Positions 24,011 to 36,070 of a stretch of DNA of 64,000 nucleotides are shown here, piece by piece (position 1 is the stretch's first letter; the number at the start of each line of letters is the position of its first letter). Source of the stretch: Octopus sinensis (Eukaryota); the NCBI RefSeq assembly GCF_006345805.1, contig NC_043000.1, positions 79,298,001-79,362,000 of the forward strand, in the 5' to 3' direction. A program made the position numbers and the translations under genes. Below the pieces are notes generated by a model. It made no database searches. It was not told the origin of the DNA and saw only the letters and a list, made by a program, of their open reading frames with translations.

Positions 24011-24310
24011 GTGGAAGTGCAATGGCCCAGTGGTTAGGGCAGCGGATTCGCGGTTTCGATTCCCAGACCGAGCATTGTGAGTGTTTATTGAGCGAAAACA
24101 CCCAAAGCTCCATGAGGCTCCGGCAGGGGCTGGTGGCAAACCCTACTGTACTCTTTCACCACAACTTTCTCTCACTCTTTCTTCAGTTGGCCTACTTGCT
24201 TAGCCAGTGGGGTGGCATCATTTGAAGGCTAAAACAATGCGAAGCGCATTGTGACCAGTGATGTGTAGCAACATCTAATGGCCTGGTCAGTCACGGTGAT
24301 CACGGTGATA
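24010..24310 (+). mobile_element. tRNA-derived SINE family C
   Basis: A-box tggcccagtggttagg and B-box-like ggtttcgattcc; body shared with 6318-6657. Confidence 0.8.
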
Positions 24311-24330
24311 TATATATATGTGTATACATA

Positions 24331-24660
24331 TGAAGGCACATGGCTCAGTGGTTAGAGCGTTGAGTTTACGATTGTGAGGTTGTGAACTCGAATCCCAGAA
24401 CAGGCTGCGTGTCATGTTCTTGAGCAAGACACTTTATTGCTCCAGTTCACTCAGCTGTAGAAATGAGTTGCAACGTCACAGGTGCCAAGCTGTATCAGCC
24501 TTTGCCTTTCCCTTGGATAACACTAGTGGTGTGGAGAGGGGAGGCCAGTACGCATGGGCGACTGCTTGTCTTCCATAAACAACCTTGCCTGGATTTGTGC
24601 CTGGGAGGGTAACTTTCTAGGTGCAATGCCATGATTTGTGTCATGGCCGAAGGGGTCGCA
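24331..24660 (+). mobile_element. tRNA-derived SINE family D
   Basis: tggctcagtggttagag...cttgagcaagacacttta...cactcagctg. Related copy at 42224-42480. Confidence 0.75.
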
Positions 24661-24679
24661 GACATATGTATATACACAT

Positions 24680-24859
24680 TCTTTTATTCTTTTACTTGTT
24701 TCAGTCATTTGACTGCAGTCATGCTGGAGCACCGCCTTTAGTCGAGCAAATTGACCCTTGGACTTATTCCTTGTAAGCCTAGTACTTATTCTATTGGTCT
24801 TTTTGCCAAACCAATAAGTTATGGCTACGTCAACACAGGAACACCAATTGTCAAGTGAC

Positions 24860-24860
<1 letters not shown>
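24680..24860 (-). mobile_element. SINE family A, 3' fragment
   Basis: ttttacttgtttcagtcatttgactgc...gctggagcaccgcc, the reverse of the family 3' end. Confidence 0.75.
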
Positions 24861-24938
<78 letters not shown>

Positions 24939-24974
24939 AATATATATATATATATTTATATATACAAATATATA

Positions 24975-25260
24975 TATGTATTAACTTGCTCAGGGTGTCG
25001 AGAGCAATACATAGGCCAAACCCAAAACAATCTACACCAAAGTATGACATTACATAGATCCCAGATTAAAATTCAGGTATACAGAAAAATAGCATTCAGT
25101 GAAACACTTTGACATTTGTGCCACTAATGAACAACTCAACTTCAGAATTTTTCCCCTCTATAAATTCAGGGATGATGCAACTTATAATTAGCGCATTAGC
25201 AAAGAGTCATATTTTATCGCAAAATATAAACCCCCTTTCAATGCCACCACTACAAGTGCC
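24975..25260 (+). mobile_element. GIY-YIG fragment of a different PLE lineage
   Basis: [16 protein letters not shown]...LHRSQI; stops downstream. Confidence 0.7.
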
Positions 25261-25660
25261 TTAGGATAATACCCACACAAATATTAAAAACACTATATTC
25301 AGATACAACAGGTCACTTGACCATTTAAGAGCACTCCACCAACAACTTACTACTGTCATACCACTCCCGTATTTTTCTTATTCTTTCTCTTCTTTTCCCA
25401 CTCCCTCTTCTTCTTCTTCTTCACCATCTCCTTCCTTGGCTACTGCTGCTTAAACAATCAAAACCAAGAATCCACATCTCTCATATAAAATATTCCTTCA
25501 GATCTGCTGCTGCTACCTACCTCCTGAACCTGCACAAAAATAAAAGAGACAGACAGACAGAAAAAAGGAAAATGTCCCATGTGTTTGAAAACTATGGAAA
25601 TATTTTTAAAAAAACATTTCATTTAATTTTTCTACAATTTAAATGTTTTTCATACTCTAC

Positions 25661-25703
25661 TCTAAGTTGAAAAAGTCGCAAAGACTGAAACCGGTACTAA
25701 AAT
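25661..25703 (+). ncRNA. Minimal hammerhead motif with U3-A8 core
   Basis: TTGAAAA-AGTC gcaaa GACT-GAAAC CG GTA|CT. Palindromic ACCGGT; ~400 bp 3' of the GIY-YIG fragment. Confidence 0.6.
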
Positions 25704-25809
25704 GTTCTTCATGATAAAATCATTTTAGCATTTTCTACCTTGTCCAATTTTCCTTATACATGTGTGTGTGTGTGTTAGAATTTATGAAATAAATTTCTGA
25801 AATTGTTCT

Positions 25810-28410
25810 GAAAATGTGTGAGTGGATTCCATCACTGGTCTCAATCTACAAGGCATTAGTACCTCCCATCAGCCATGTTTTTTAAACCTCTCTTGTTCAA
25901 ACATATACGACACTCTTTTGTGTACGTGTCCTGATATCATTCGCCCTGTGTTTAAGAATCATTCAGTCACTCACTCTGTGACTCATCATATTGTTACAGA
26001 TAGATCACCAGATTTTTTTTGTTATCCCCAAGCCGTGTTGACTGGCTTCTGAATACGCTAAGATTGCGATGGCTGAGTTTGAGTACATACTGGAGCTGAA
26101 CATAGTTCGTCCATCCAGCAGCAATAGGACCTCACCTTTTCATATGATCCCCAAAATATCTTCTGGTGACTAAGGACTCTGTGGAGACTATCACCTATTG
26201 AATGAAGCCCGATAAATACTCTGTACCTCATTTACAGGACTTTTCTCCCACTCTACATGGTACCAGAGTGTTTTTCAAAATTGATCTTGTTCGGGCATAC
26301 AATCGAGCTGGAGGATATTCTGAAAACAACTATTATTTCTCCCATCGGCATTTTCGAATTCTTCAAAATGCCATTTGGTCTTCACAACGCTTCTTCAACT
26401 TACCAACTTTTCCTCAAAACTGTAGTCCGAGATTTACCCTATGTCTATGCGTATACTGATGACTTGCTTGTTGTCAACACAACTGAAGACGAGTACAAAA
26501 ACATCTGCAGTTACTTTTCGATCGTCTTTCGTACTACAGTGAAAATAATAATGGTTTTATGGAGCTTCTACTTTAGATTTTCTGGGCCACTGTCTTGACG
26601 AAAATAGAATTCATTTTGTCGAGTTAAACTATGAGAGTTTATCGGTCTGATCAGTTTTTATCGTCAGTTTATTCCTCATTCTGCGGAACTTATGCAACCC
26701 CTCACAGATGTTCTCCACCATCGCACCAAAAAAAAATAAATAAAATTAAAAAAATCCCAGCTTATCACTCTAAATTATAGAGTTTGCAGTCTTTAATGAA
26801 ATCAAGAAGGTCTTAGCTAACACACCTTGTTGGTTCATCCAAAGCCTGATGCAACACGCTGTTACTTGATGCATCAGATGCTGGTGTTGGTGGCGTTCTT
26901 CAATGGAATGTTAACAGAACCTGACAACCACTTTCTATTCTTTCTCCAAGCGACTCAAACCGGTCGAGATGAAATATAGTGCTTTTGGCCAAAAATTGAC
27001 AGCAGCGCATCTTAGTGTGAAACACTTCAAGCACATGCTGGAGGGTTCTCTGTTTTCTATATATGCTGATCACAAACCTCTAAATTACGCTCTCTGCGTT
27101 CCAAGCCTGACCATCACTCACGCAGGGAAATTCAGCTCGTTGATTTAATTTCCCAATACACCACAGATATTTGGTATGTTAAAAGCTCGGATAGTTCTGC
27201 TGCTGACGCACTTTCTCGCTTCCACATCGATGCACTACATACTACTGCCTCTATCAATCTCCAATCTCCAACTAGGAAAACATTAAAGAACTTAAACTTC
27301 GACATTTTCTCTCTTCTCTTTCTTTCAAACTTCTTCTACCCTCTTCTCCTGGTTATATTTAGTACTATAGTTCTTTGGGTCACGACGCCCTTATGTTCCA
27401 AAGAAGCTCAGACATTTGATTTTTTTCTGCTTTGCTTACTCTATCGCATCCTGGAGCAAATTTCCTCCTGAAGTTGATCGCTGCCCAATTTGTGTGGCTG
27501 GTATAGACAAAGACATCAGGGAATAGGCCCAGATATCACGGAATAGGTCAGAATGCAAAAGTTCATCACCATATCACCATAGGCGCAGGAGTGGCTGTGT
27601 GGTAAGTAGCTTGCTAACCAACCACATGGTTCCGGGTTCAGTCCCACTGCGTGGCATCTTGGGCAAGTGTCTTCTGCTATAGCCCCGGGCCGCCCAATAC
27701 CTTGTGAGTGGATTTGGTAGACGGAAACTGAAAGAAGCCTGTCGTATATATGTATATATATATATAAGTGTGTGTCTATATGTTTGTGTGTCTGTGTTTG
27801 TCCCCCTAGCATTGCTTGACAACAATGCTGGTGTGTTTACGTCCCCGTCACTTAGCGGTTCGGCAAAAAGAGACCGATAGAATAAGTACTGGGCTTACAA
27901 AGAATAAGTCCCGGGGTCGATTTGCTCGACTAAAGGCGGTGCTCCAGCATGGCCACAGTCAAATGACTGAAACAAGTAAAAGAGTATATCAAATCACCTC
28001 TTTAAACATTCTCAACACCCGACGCACGGTTTCAACATGTGCATATTGGCATCATCAGTCCACTGTCACTGTCTCAATATTGCACGCATTTCTTGAGCTG
28101 TGTGGATAGCTTTTCTTGATAGCCTGAAGCAATTCATTTCGAGATATCACAGAAGAAACAATAGCTAAAGCTCTATTTCAACATTGGATTGCATGTTTTG
28201 GGACACCTTTTACCAGTACAACAGACAGAGGACGTCAGTTTCAATCCAGTCTCTTCTCGGAAATGATACGCATCTTTTATCATAACACCTGGGATGACTA
28301 TGAGAAATGACTGTGAAATCTTGCATGTGTCAATTCCAATTCTTCCTATTAATATCCGCATTGGTTCTTTCCAAACTGATATCTGACCATTCAAAGAAGA
28401 CTTCAACAAT
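25810..28410 (+). mobile_element. Decayed Gypsy/Ty3 pol (RT, RNase H, integrase)
   Basis: IVRPSSS...GDY, DKYSVPHLQDF...FKIDLVRAY, MPFGL.NA, YAYTDDLLV, DASDAGVG, DHKPL, LSHPG, PDARFQHVHI, WIACFGTP...TTDRGRQF occur in canonical Gypsy order. No LTRs seen. Confidence 0.9.
27577..27985 (+). mobile_element. Full-length SINE family A with 6-bp TSD
   Basis: ATATCA at 27571-76 and 27986-91. A-box tggctgtgtggtaag, B-box ggttcagtccc. Confidence 0.92.
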
Positions 28411-28417
28411 GACTAGT

Positions 28418-29222
28418 AGTGACTTCTCTTGAAAATCGACAAAATTTGACATTGTGGTCTTATCAAGTACCTGCAGAAAAAAGGGTTTAGCTCCCAACAA
28501 CATTCATGCTGATATGATTGCTACATTAGGGAGTGACACAACAATGCAATAAATGGGCAGCTGAATTTAGCAGGGGAAGGAAGTGTGTTAAAGATGACCC
28601 AACACCTGGACATCCTGCAACTGCCACCACCGAGGAAAATTTTGATTGTGTTCATCACATGCTGATAGATGTCATGCTATGGACTACAAATCAAATAGCC
28701 AATGCTATTAATATATCTCGTGAGAGAATTGAGAATATTCTACACAATGAACTTAGCATGACGAAGATTTCTGCCCGTGAGTGCGACATCTTACCCCTAA
28801 TCAAAGTCGCACCTAACTGATTATGTCACAGGAAAATCTGACATTGAGACAGATCCACTAGGTTTCTTTGAACGTTTCCTAACCCAAGATAAGTGTTGGG
28901 TTTTTCACTTTGCTCCAAAGATGGCCAATGACATTTCAACTGCAAGAAAGGTGATGGCTTCAGATTTTTGGGATGCGAAAGGCATTGTGATTATTGACTG
29001 TCTTCAAAAGAGTCAAACCATCAATGGAAAGTACTATGCCAACTTGCTGAGACATATGCTGTTGATGACTTTTTACCAACTGGATAAAAGCTTTTTTACC
29101 AATGGGATCCAAGCACTGCAATACTATTGAAGAATCATGTGGATTGTAAGTGGGACTATGTTGAAAAATAAACCTCATTTGATTACATTGGTCAGCATAT
29201 GAACTTTTCAGCCGATCATCAT
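28418..29222 (+). mobile_element. Internally deleted mariner transposon
   Basis: IKYLQKKG...AAEFSRGR...DDPTPGHP, KVMASDFWDAKGIVIIDCLQK.QTINGKYYA. Stops and deletions. Confidence 0.8.
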
Positions 29223-29339
29223 ATAATTATTGTTTTTATTAGTACAACTATTTATATTGATGTTAATACTATTATAGTCAATATTGTTATTACTACTGCT
29301 GCTGCTATTACTCAGATAGGCTTAATCGTTTAGCATGAA

Positions 29340-30135
29340 CTCCTTTAATTTGTGAGTGTTGTTTGAGGCTATTGTTTGTGTCAAGTTCCTTGTTGAGTAT
29401 GAGAACTTCACCAAATGTTTATTAAGCAATTTGCAGTATTGGCTTCATGGTGGAAAATGTTTCTTTGTAGCCAGAAAGAATTTGCAAAGAATATTGATGG
29501 TGATCTGGATCCCATATGGTGCATTACACCATATAACTTCTCTTAATACATCTCGTTATTTCCGAGAATTTCTATTTTGTTTCCGACACCTATTCGTATT
29601 CTTGCCAAGGTCTCGTCCATGGGCATTATAATCCATCTCATTGCAATGAGTACAGCACTTTCTATTGCCTGTCTCATTAGTTTTCTATTCATGTTTAATA
29701 TCTTTATGATAAATGGTTCTATCAGTTATTTGTATTTATACCAATTGCATTTCGATTGTTTATTATTCATATTATGCCTATTGCATTTTGAATGTAGTCT
29801 AGATTTATTCCCACTAAGCTTAATCTGAGTGAACCCACCCTTTAACATATTCCTATTTCTGTTGATAAGGCATACGCCAATGTCAGTTGCTTTAAATAGA
29901 TGGCCTAGTTTTCGAATGATACCATTTTGGCCAGATTCCTTTCTTTTGGCAGTCAGTTTATTGTGGTTCTGAAGAAGATGAAGGTGTAGGAATGTTCTCT
30001 ATTTTATTTATGGATTGATTAATTAATATGATTGAAGTATGCATCTAGACCCCTCCAGTATTTATCAGAAACATATGTAGGTCTTAAATAAATGTATAAA
30101 ATCCATTATCTGTATACCTCATATCCCCTTTCAGT
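29340..30135 (-). mobile_element. Old PLE fragment (RT C-terminus and linker)
   Basis: Minus frames give VIWCNAPY...KKHFPP and LNKHLVKFSYS, the same motif block as in the other PLEs. Confidence 0.6.
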
Positions 30136-30140
30136 CTAAA

Positions 30141-32310
30141 ATGAAATCTGAGATTAAATACTTTAGAAATTCTAAAAAGAAGTTCTTTTTTTATTATGAT
30201 AAGACTAATAACCTATATGAAGTTACTAATGATTCGTACGATAAGTTGCTAAAAGACACTATTTCCTCTAAATATAAGAAAGCTACCGTAGAGAGATGCT
30301 ATAATATCAATGATGAAGCTAAATTCCTCGTTAAACATAGCAATATCGATGATATATTAGAATGCTTAGCTAAGAGAGAGGTGTTTATTACTATAAAAGA
30401 CCACAAGCCTAATTTTCATAATAATCCTTCCTGTATATTGTTAAACCTAGCAAGATCTGAAATTGGGCTTGTAGTTGAGAAAATACTTAGAAATATTAAT
30501 ATTAGAATTAGGGGAATTACTGGGCTTCAGCAGTGGAATAGCAGTTTTACTGTAATAAATTGGTTTAAGAATATCAAGAATAAGAATAAAGCTAAATTTA
30601 CCCAGTTTGATATAATAGACATTTATCCCTCTATAACTAGATCGCTGCTTGACAAAGCTATTGAATTTGCTAATTCATATGTTGAAATTGATCCTATAGA
30701 TCTAGACTTTATCAGGCATGCGCGAAAAACATTTTTGTTCACCAAAGGATTACCATGGGTAAAAAAGTCGCATAGTGATGAACTATTTTATATATCTATG
30801 GGGTCATAAGATAGTGCTGATGTCTGTGATCTTGTGGGTTTATTTATATTATATATAAATAAAATATAAATAGAATATAGATACCCAGCTCATGACATTG
30901 GCCTATACCGTGTTGACGGTTTAGGTATTTCCCATGGGTGTAATGAACACACTCTTGATAGATTTAGAAAGGAACTAATTTCAACCTTTAATCAATTAGG
31001 TCTTAAAATCACAGTAGCTACTAATCTGTTGATTATTTAGATGTTTCCCTAGATTTAAACTCTTCCTCATATAAACCTTTCCATAAGCCTAATGAGAAAC
31101 TCACATATGTACATAAACAGTCTTGTCACCCTCCTGTAGTATTTAAAAACCTGGTAGCTAATATTAGTAAGAGTGTCTAACCTCTCTTCTTACAAAGACA
31201 TTTTTGACAAAGCTGCCCCCTGTTATAACAAGGCCCTAGCAAATAGTAGCTACAAAGATAAATTAATATATAATCCCTCTATTAATCAAAATATTAATAA
31301 TACATCTAGCGGCATCAAAGATAAAGTAGTACTTAACCACTCTAGTATTAATCAAGATAATAAGAAACCAAAAAATAGGCCAAGGAAAATTATTTGGTTT
31401 GCCCCCTCCCTTTTCCTTTAATATAAAACCTAACATTGGTAAAAGATTCCTGTCACTCCTAGACAAAGACTTTCCAGCTACTCACAGATACAGGAAAATA
31501 TTCAATAGGCATTCTGTAAAAGTATCATATTGCTGCTGCCCAAATATGAAGAGTGGTCAACACCAAGAACCTGAATCCAGCTGCAACTGTCGCAACCCAG
31601 GATATTGTCCACTTGACCAACGATGTAAGATTAAATCTATCATATATGAGGCAGAAGTTACTGCAACCCTAAATAATAATACAACTGATAAGAAGACCTA
31701 TATTGGATTATGTGAGGGAGAATTTTAAAATCGATATGCCAATCACATAGCTTCCTTCCGACATAGGGACAAAAGTAAACTAAGTTGGCTAGCTACATAT
31801 GGACTTTGAAAGATAATGAAACACCACATGTGATTAAATGGAAAGTAATAGAGAAATTCATACTTTATGTGAATGGATCAAATAAATGTAGAATTTGTCT
31901 GGCTGAAAGAGCGCAGATCCTGTTCAGATCTAAGATCCCTAACTCTCTATTGAACTCCAGGTCAGAAATTTTCAGTGGTTGCATGCATATGTATAAATAT
32001 ATTCTTAAGAATTGGGAAAATTCTGCCTATTCCTGACTGACTCGATATCTTTCCAGCCTTTTCATTTAAGGCCCAAGGAGGATAACACTTTTTTGCCTTT
32101 TGACACTTTAGTTTTGTTTTCCATTGTTTACTGTCTATGTTTTCTGTATGCTGCCTTCCCAGTTTCATTGCATTTCTTCTATTTATTCAATTTTTTAGTT
32201 CATTATGATAAGTGGTTTGTGCCTGAAGAATATGTTTGAGGTCTCTCAACATATGAAACTATTAGTAACGCTTTAATACATGTATTGTGACCTTTAAATA
32301 ATAATAATAA
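30141..32310 (+). mobile_element. Decayed PLE: RT, GIY-YIG and 3' UTR with hammerhead
   Basis: KDHKPNF...TQFDIIDIYPSI...SMGS, YRVDG, HPP, KIIWF.PP, CNCRNPGYCPL...IYEA...TYIG, CRICLAE. Frameshifts and stops. Confidence 0.92.
32219..32271 (+). ncRNA. Hammerhead motif in the PLE 3' region
   Basis: CTGAAGA 32223-29; 10-bp helix II ATATG(T)TTGAG/CTCAACATAT; GAAACT att AGTA|. Helix I has a closing mismatch. Confidence 0.7.
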
Positions 32311-32372
32311 TAATAAAAACATATATATATATATTATCTGAAGTGTACAGTATTATATATCTATCATGGCTT

Positions 32373-32455
32373 ATCTTACCAGTCGGTTTCACACTGGGAG
32401 TAAATTGGAGTGTGAGGTAACAATCCGATACTATAACTCTACGCTCATCAGAGAT
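32373..32455 (-). ncRNA. Hammerhead motif, canonical CUGAUGA, in the left arm of a fold-back
   Basis: ATCT-CTGATGA-G...T-GAAACC gact GGTA|AGAT. Confidence 0.7.
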
Positions 32456-32508
32456 GACTGCTCTCTATAGAATAGAGAGCAGTCACCATATTTCATTGCA
32501 TATTGGTT

Positions 32509-32591
32509 ATCTTTGATGAGCGTAAAGTTATATAATCGGATTGTTACTTAACACTCTGCCGTACCCATAGTGTGAAACCGATTGGTAAGAT
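32509..32591 (+). ncRNA. Hammerhead motif, UUGAUGA, in the right arm of the fold-back
   Basis: ATCT-TTGATGA-G...T-GAAACC gatt GGTA|AGAT. Confidence 0.65.
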
Positions 32592-32904
32592 CAGCTGTGA
32601 TGAATGTATGATACAGTACACTTTAGATAATATATCCACTCTATTGACAGATATATGAGTGCATCTTTTTCCTGACTTATGGACTTTTAGACGACTATTG
32701 CACGTGTGGTGTGTGTTTATTACATATACAGATATACGTACTTATATATATGTACATATACATACATATATAGATACACATGTATCCACACGTATACATT
32801 TATGTTTTTATTTATATACACATATGCAATATATATATATATATATATACACATACATCTTTAAATCTTTATAGTGTTTCAACTTTAAAGCTGTGGTAAT
32901 GGTG

Positions 32905-33335
32905 GGGCACCACAGTCGTGGCTGTGTGGTAAGAAGCTTGCTTTCCAAAGACATGGTTCCAGATTCAGTCCCACTGCGAGGCACCTTGGGCAAGTGTCTT
33001 CTACTATAGCCATGGGCTGAACAAAGCCTTGTGAGTGGATTTGGTAGATGGAAACTGAAAGAATTCTGTTTTATATATATACATGCATATAGGTGTGTGT
33101 TTGTGTGTGTGTGTGTGTGTGCATGTGTGTGTTTGTCCCCCTCCCATGCCATCTCTTGACAAACGATACTGATGTGTTTATGTCACTGTAACTTAGTGGT
33201 TCGGCAAAAAAGGTCAATAGAATAAGTACCAGGCTCACAAAGAATAAATCCTGGGGTCGGGTCGGTTTCTTAGACTAAAACCCTTTAAGGTGGTGCTCCA
33301 GCATGGCCACAGTCAAATGACTGAAACAAGCAAAA
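32905..33335 (+). mobile_element. SINE family A, full length
   Basis: Collinear with 27577-27985. Confidence 0.85.
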
Positions 33336-33666
33336 AAGAATATATATATATGTGTGTGTGTGTATACATATACATATATATATATACATATATGTAAACA
33401 TGCATATATATACATATACAAACCGATTCATATATGTATATTTGAATATATACAATTAAATTAACAGTCACGAGCCGATAAGATGGCAGTGATTAAAAAG
33501 AAGTTTTCAAATGAATGAAATAAATTGAAAAGCATCTTACAGTTGTTTCAGGGAATGTGCGAAGAGGTACATACATCTTTTTGTTTTTATTTGAAGCTAT
33601 TAGTAGCTCTTTTGTATTTGTGTATATTAAATGATATATACATATACATGAATGTACACATACGTA

Positions 33667-34130
33667 CAGAGTGCGGTGAATAAACTGTCGTCTAAATTAC
33701 GCAGAAATTGAAATAACACTGACATCTCATTTTAAAAGATATATTTACCAAAATTGCATAAAAGTATCCTGAAATACTAAAGAGTTAATTTACTCAATAA
33801 AATCACCATTGGTGACTTCAGAATCTCATGTAACTCTTCCGGGCAGTCTCCTTGTTTAAGTTGGTGAATGCTGCCATAATCCTTGCTTTCAGTTCATCTT
33901 TGGTGTTATAAGGAGTTTTGTTGATTTCTCGCTCAAATGCTTCCCACACATAATAATCAAGGGGGTTGCAGTGTGAGGAGTTTGGTGGCCAGATGTTAGG
34001 GATCATGTGGTCACAAAAATTGTCTCATGGTCATGACTGGGCTCTCCTGCTTATGTGGCATAGTGCAGAGTCATATATCATCCAAAACAAAAAGTTTTCC
34101 AGCGTTTTCTCTCTGAGAATAGCTTCATTC
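33667..34130 (-). mobile_element. Tc1/mariner (maT/DD37D-like) 3' fragment
   Basis: WPPNSSHCNPLDYYVW...ELKARI. Terminal TA|CAGAGTG at 33665. Confidence 0.75.
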
Positions 34131-34323
34131 TCTATTCACTCAATCCATCTCTCTTTCTCTCTTCCCCCTACCTCTCAGCACTATCAATATCCTCTTTCTC
34201 TCACACCCTCTTACTCCCTATTCTTTGATGATTTGCCTCTTACTTCAACTATACTTCTGCTTAACAAATTTTATTTCTCTTTTTACCTCTTCCTTTCAAC
34301 AAAGTGTGACACACATATTGGTT

Positions 34324-34406
34324 ATCTTTGATGAGCGTAAAGTTATATAATCGGATTGTTACTTAACACTCTGCCGTACCTCTAGTATGAAACCGATTGG
34401 TAAGAT
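34324..34406 (+). ncRNA. Hammerhead motif, near-identical to 32509-32591
   Basis: 34314-34431 matches 32499-32618 with few substitutions. Preceded by a pyrimidine-rich tract. Confidence 0.65.
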
Positions 34407-35299
34407 CGGCTGTGATGAATGTATGATACAGGTATGTACGTATGTAACCACATAGGTTAATAGAACAGTCCTTATAACTTGGAAATAAATTTGGGAATAA
34501 TCGAAATAAATTGCGCAATCTAGCGAAAGTCACCCATGAAATAGAAATAATTATTTGTACGAAAGGCAAGGACCTACATACATCAAATTGTCTTTAAATT
34601 AAGTGGCGGCAAAAAAATTATTGTTGAACTTTTAAAAGGTAGGCTTAAATATTAATGTAATACTTAAATGCAGCAATCAATTTTCAGTTTTTCTGTAGTT
34701 TATTGTTGGCTATTGCATATGGCAGTAGTATGCCTTGTAAAAATAAATCTCTGCCAACAGAGGACCAGATTGCAATCAAAAGAACCAAGGCTGCTGTGAG
34801 GAAAAGAAAGTCCCATACAAATGAAAACCCAGATCAAATGGCAGCCACGAGAGCTTCCAATGCTCAGAATACACAAATATTTTGGGACTCAATGCATGAA
34901 GAATCATTGTTGGGCCCAAGGCCCAATAAAGAACCCTTTGTAGGAGCTAGCTACATACATATGCACACAGTAACACGTACATATACACGCACAAATATAT
35001 ATATAGATAGATAGATATACATGCATACATAGTTATATATATGCACGTACACAGATGCACATATACATATCATTATCTGTTTTTTAATGTCCACATTTTC
35101 ATTTCAGACGGGTCGGACATTTGTTGATGCAGATTTTCTATAGCCAGATACCCTTCCTGTCACCAACCTTTACCCATTCCCAAGGAGGATAACACTTCCA
35201 CATGACCAGATATATTTCCCTAGAATATTGGAAATAAATGACTTTCATACACAATAATCACTTGGCATCAAGAAAAGCAAACACAAAGACTTACATACT

Positions 35300-35470
35300 A
35301 CACACACTCGACGGGCTTCTTTCAGTTTCTGCCAACCAAATCCACTTTCACAGGGCTTTGGTCAGCCGAAGTCTATACTAGAAAATATCTGCTGAAGTGG
35401 GAATGAATAGTGGCAATGAATATAGTGGAAATGATTACAAAACCATTTGGCTGGGAAACAAACTTCTCAA
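35300..35470 (-). mobile_element. SINE family A, 5' fragment
   Basis: gggcttctttcagtttc...caaatccac...gctttggtcagcc. Confidence 0.65.
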
Positions 35471-36070
35471 CCACAGAGAGAGAGAGAGAGAGACACACAC
35501 ACACACACACACAAAGGATGTTCCAGAAAAATGCATACACACTGTCAATTTTCATTTTTAGATTTAACCCATTAGAAATAATGGAGGGAACTAAACTAGT
35601 CTTTGAATGAAAGTTAATTCATCTTAAAGTGTTATTAGAATCCCGAAGACACAGTCGAAGTGCAAAGACAGCTTAGTAAGGAGTTTCAAACAGATCTTAC
35701 ATGACTTACCTTCACTTAAAGTAGATTGCAAAGCTGAAGCAGATGACCTGTTGAGAATGTCCACAAAGTTAGAAATACAAATGCACATATTCCAGTTGTT
35801 GGATGAATTAAAGATAGCAATGATAATATTGTTGACACTATAGAAGCTAAATTTCAACAAATAAATACAATTAGGCACAAAAATAATGATAATTACAATA
35901 ATATACTGTCTGACTTTAATAATGTTAATAATGGTTATCCCCATGATATGCTCTAAAATAACTGTAGACAGAAATAAGCCCTCTAATGTCAATTATATAA
36001 GTTTGCACCATAGGCATAAACAAAATAAAAATAATTGAATCAAGAAATAAAGTGGATACCAATGAGAAAA

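Noticed and set aside
27577-27660. tRNA-like A/B boxes here and at other SINE heads
   Set aside because: No complete cloverleaf; followed by SINE bodies.
33528-33556. Minus-strand GAAAC AACT GTA AGATG
   Set aside because: Only the 3' half of a hammerhead; no upstream core found.
34703-35014. Basic 103-aa ORF resembling a Helitron Rep-helicase N-terminus
   Set aside because: Only compositional similarity; no Rep or helicase motifs and no termini.
35710-35747. 38-bp minus-strand micro-exon with a consensus GTAAGT donor
   Set aside because: No partner exons or recognisable peptide; a few such donors are expected by chance.
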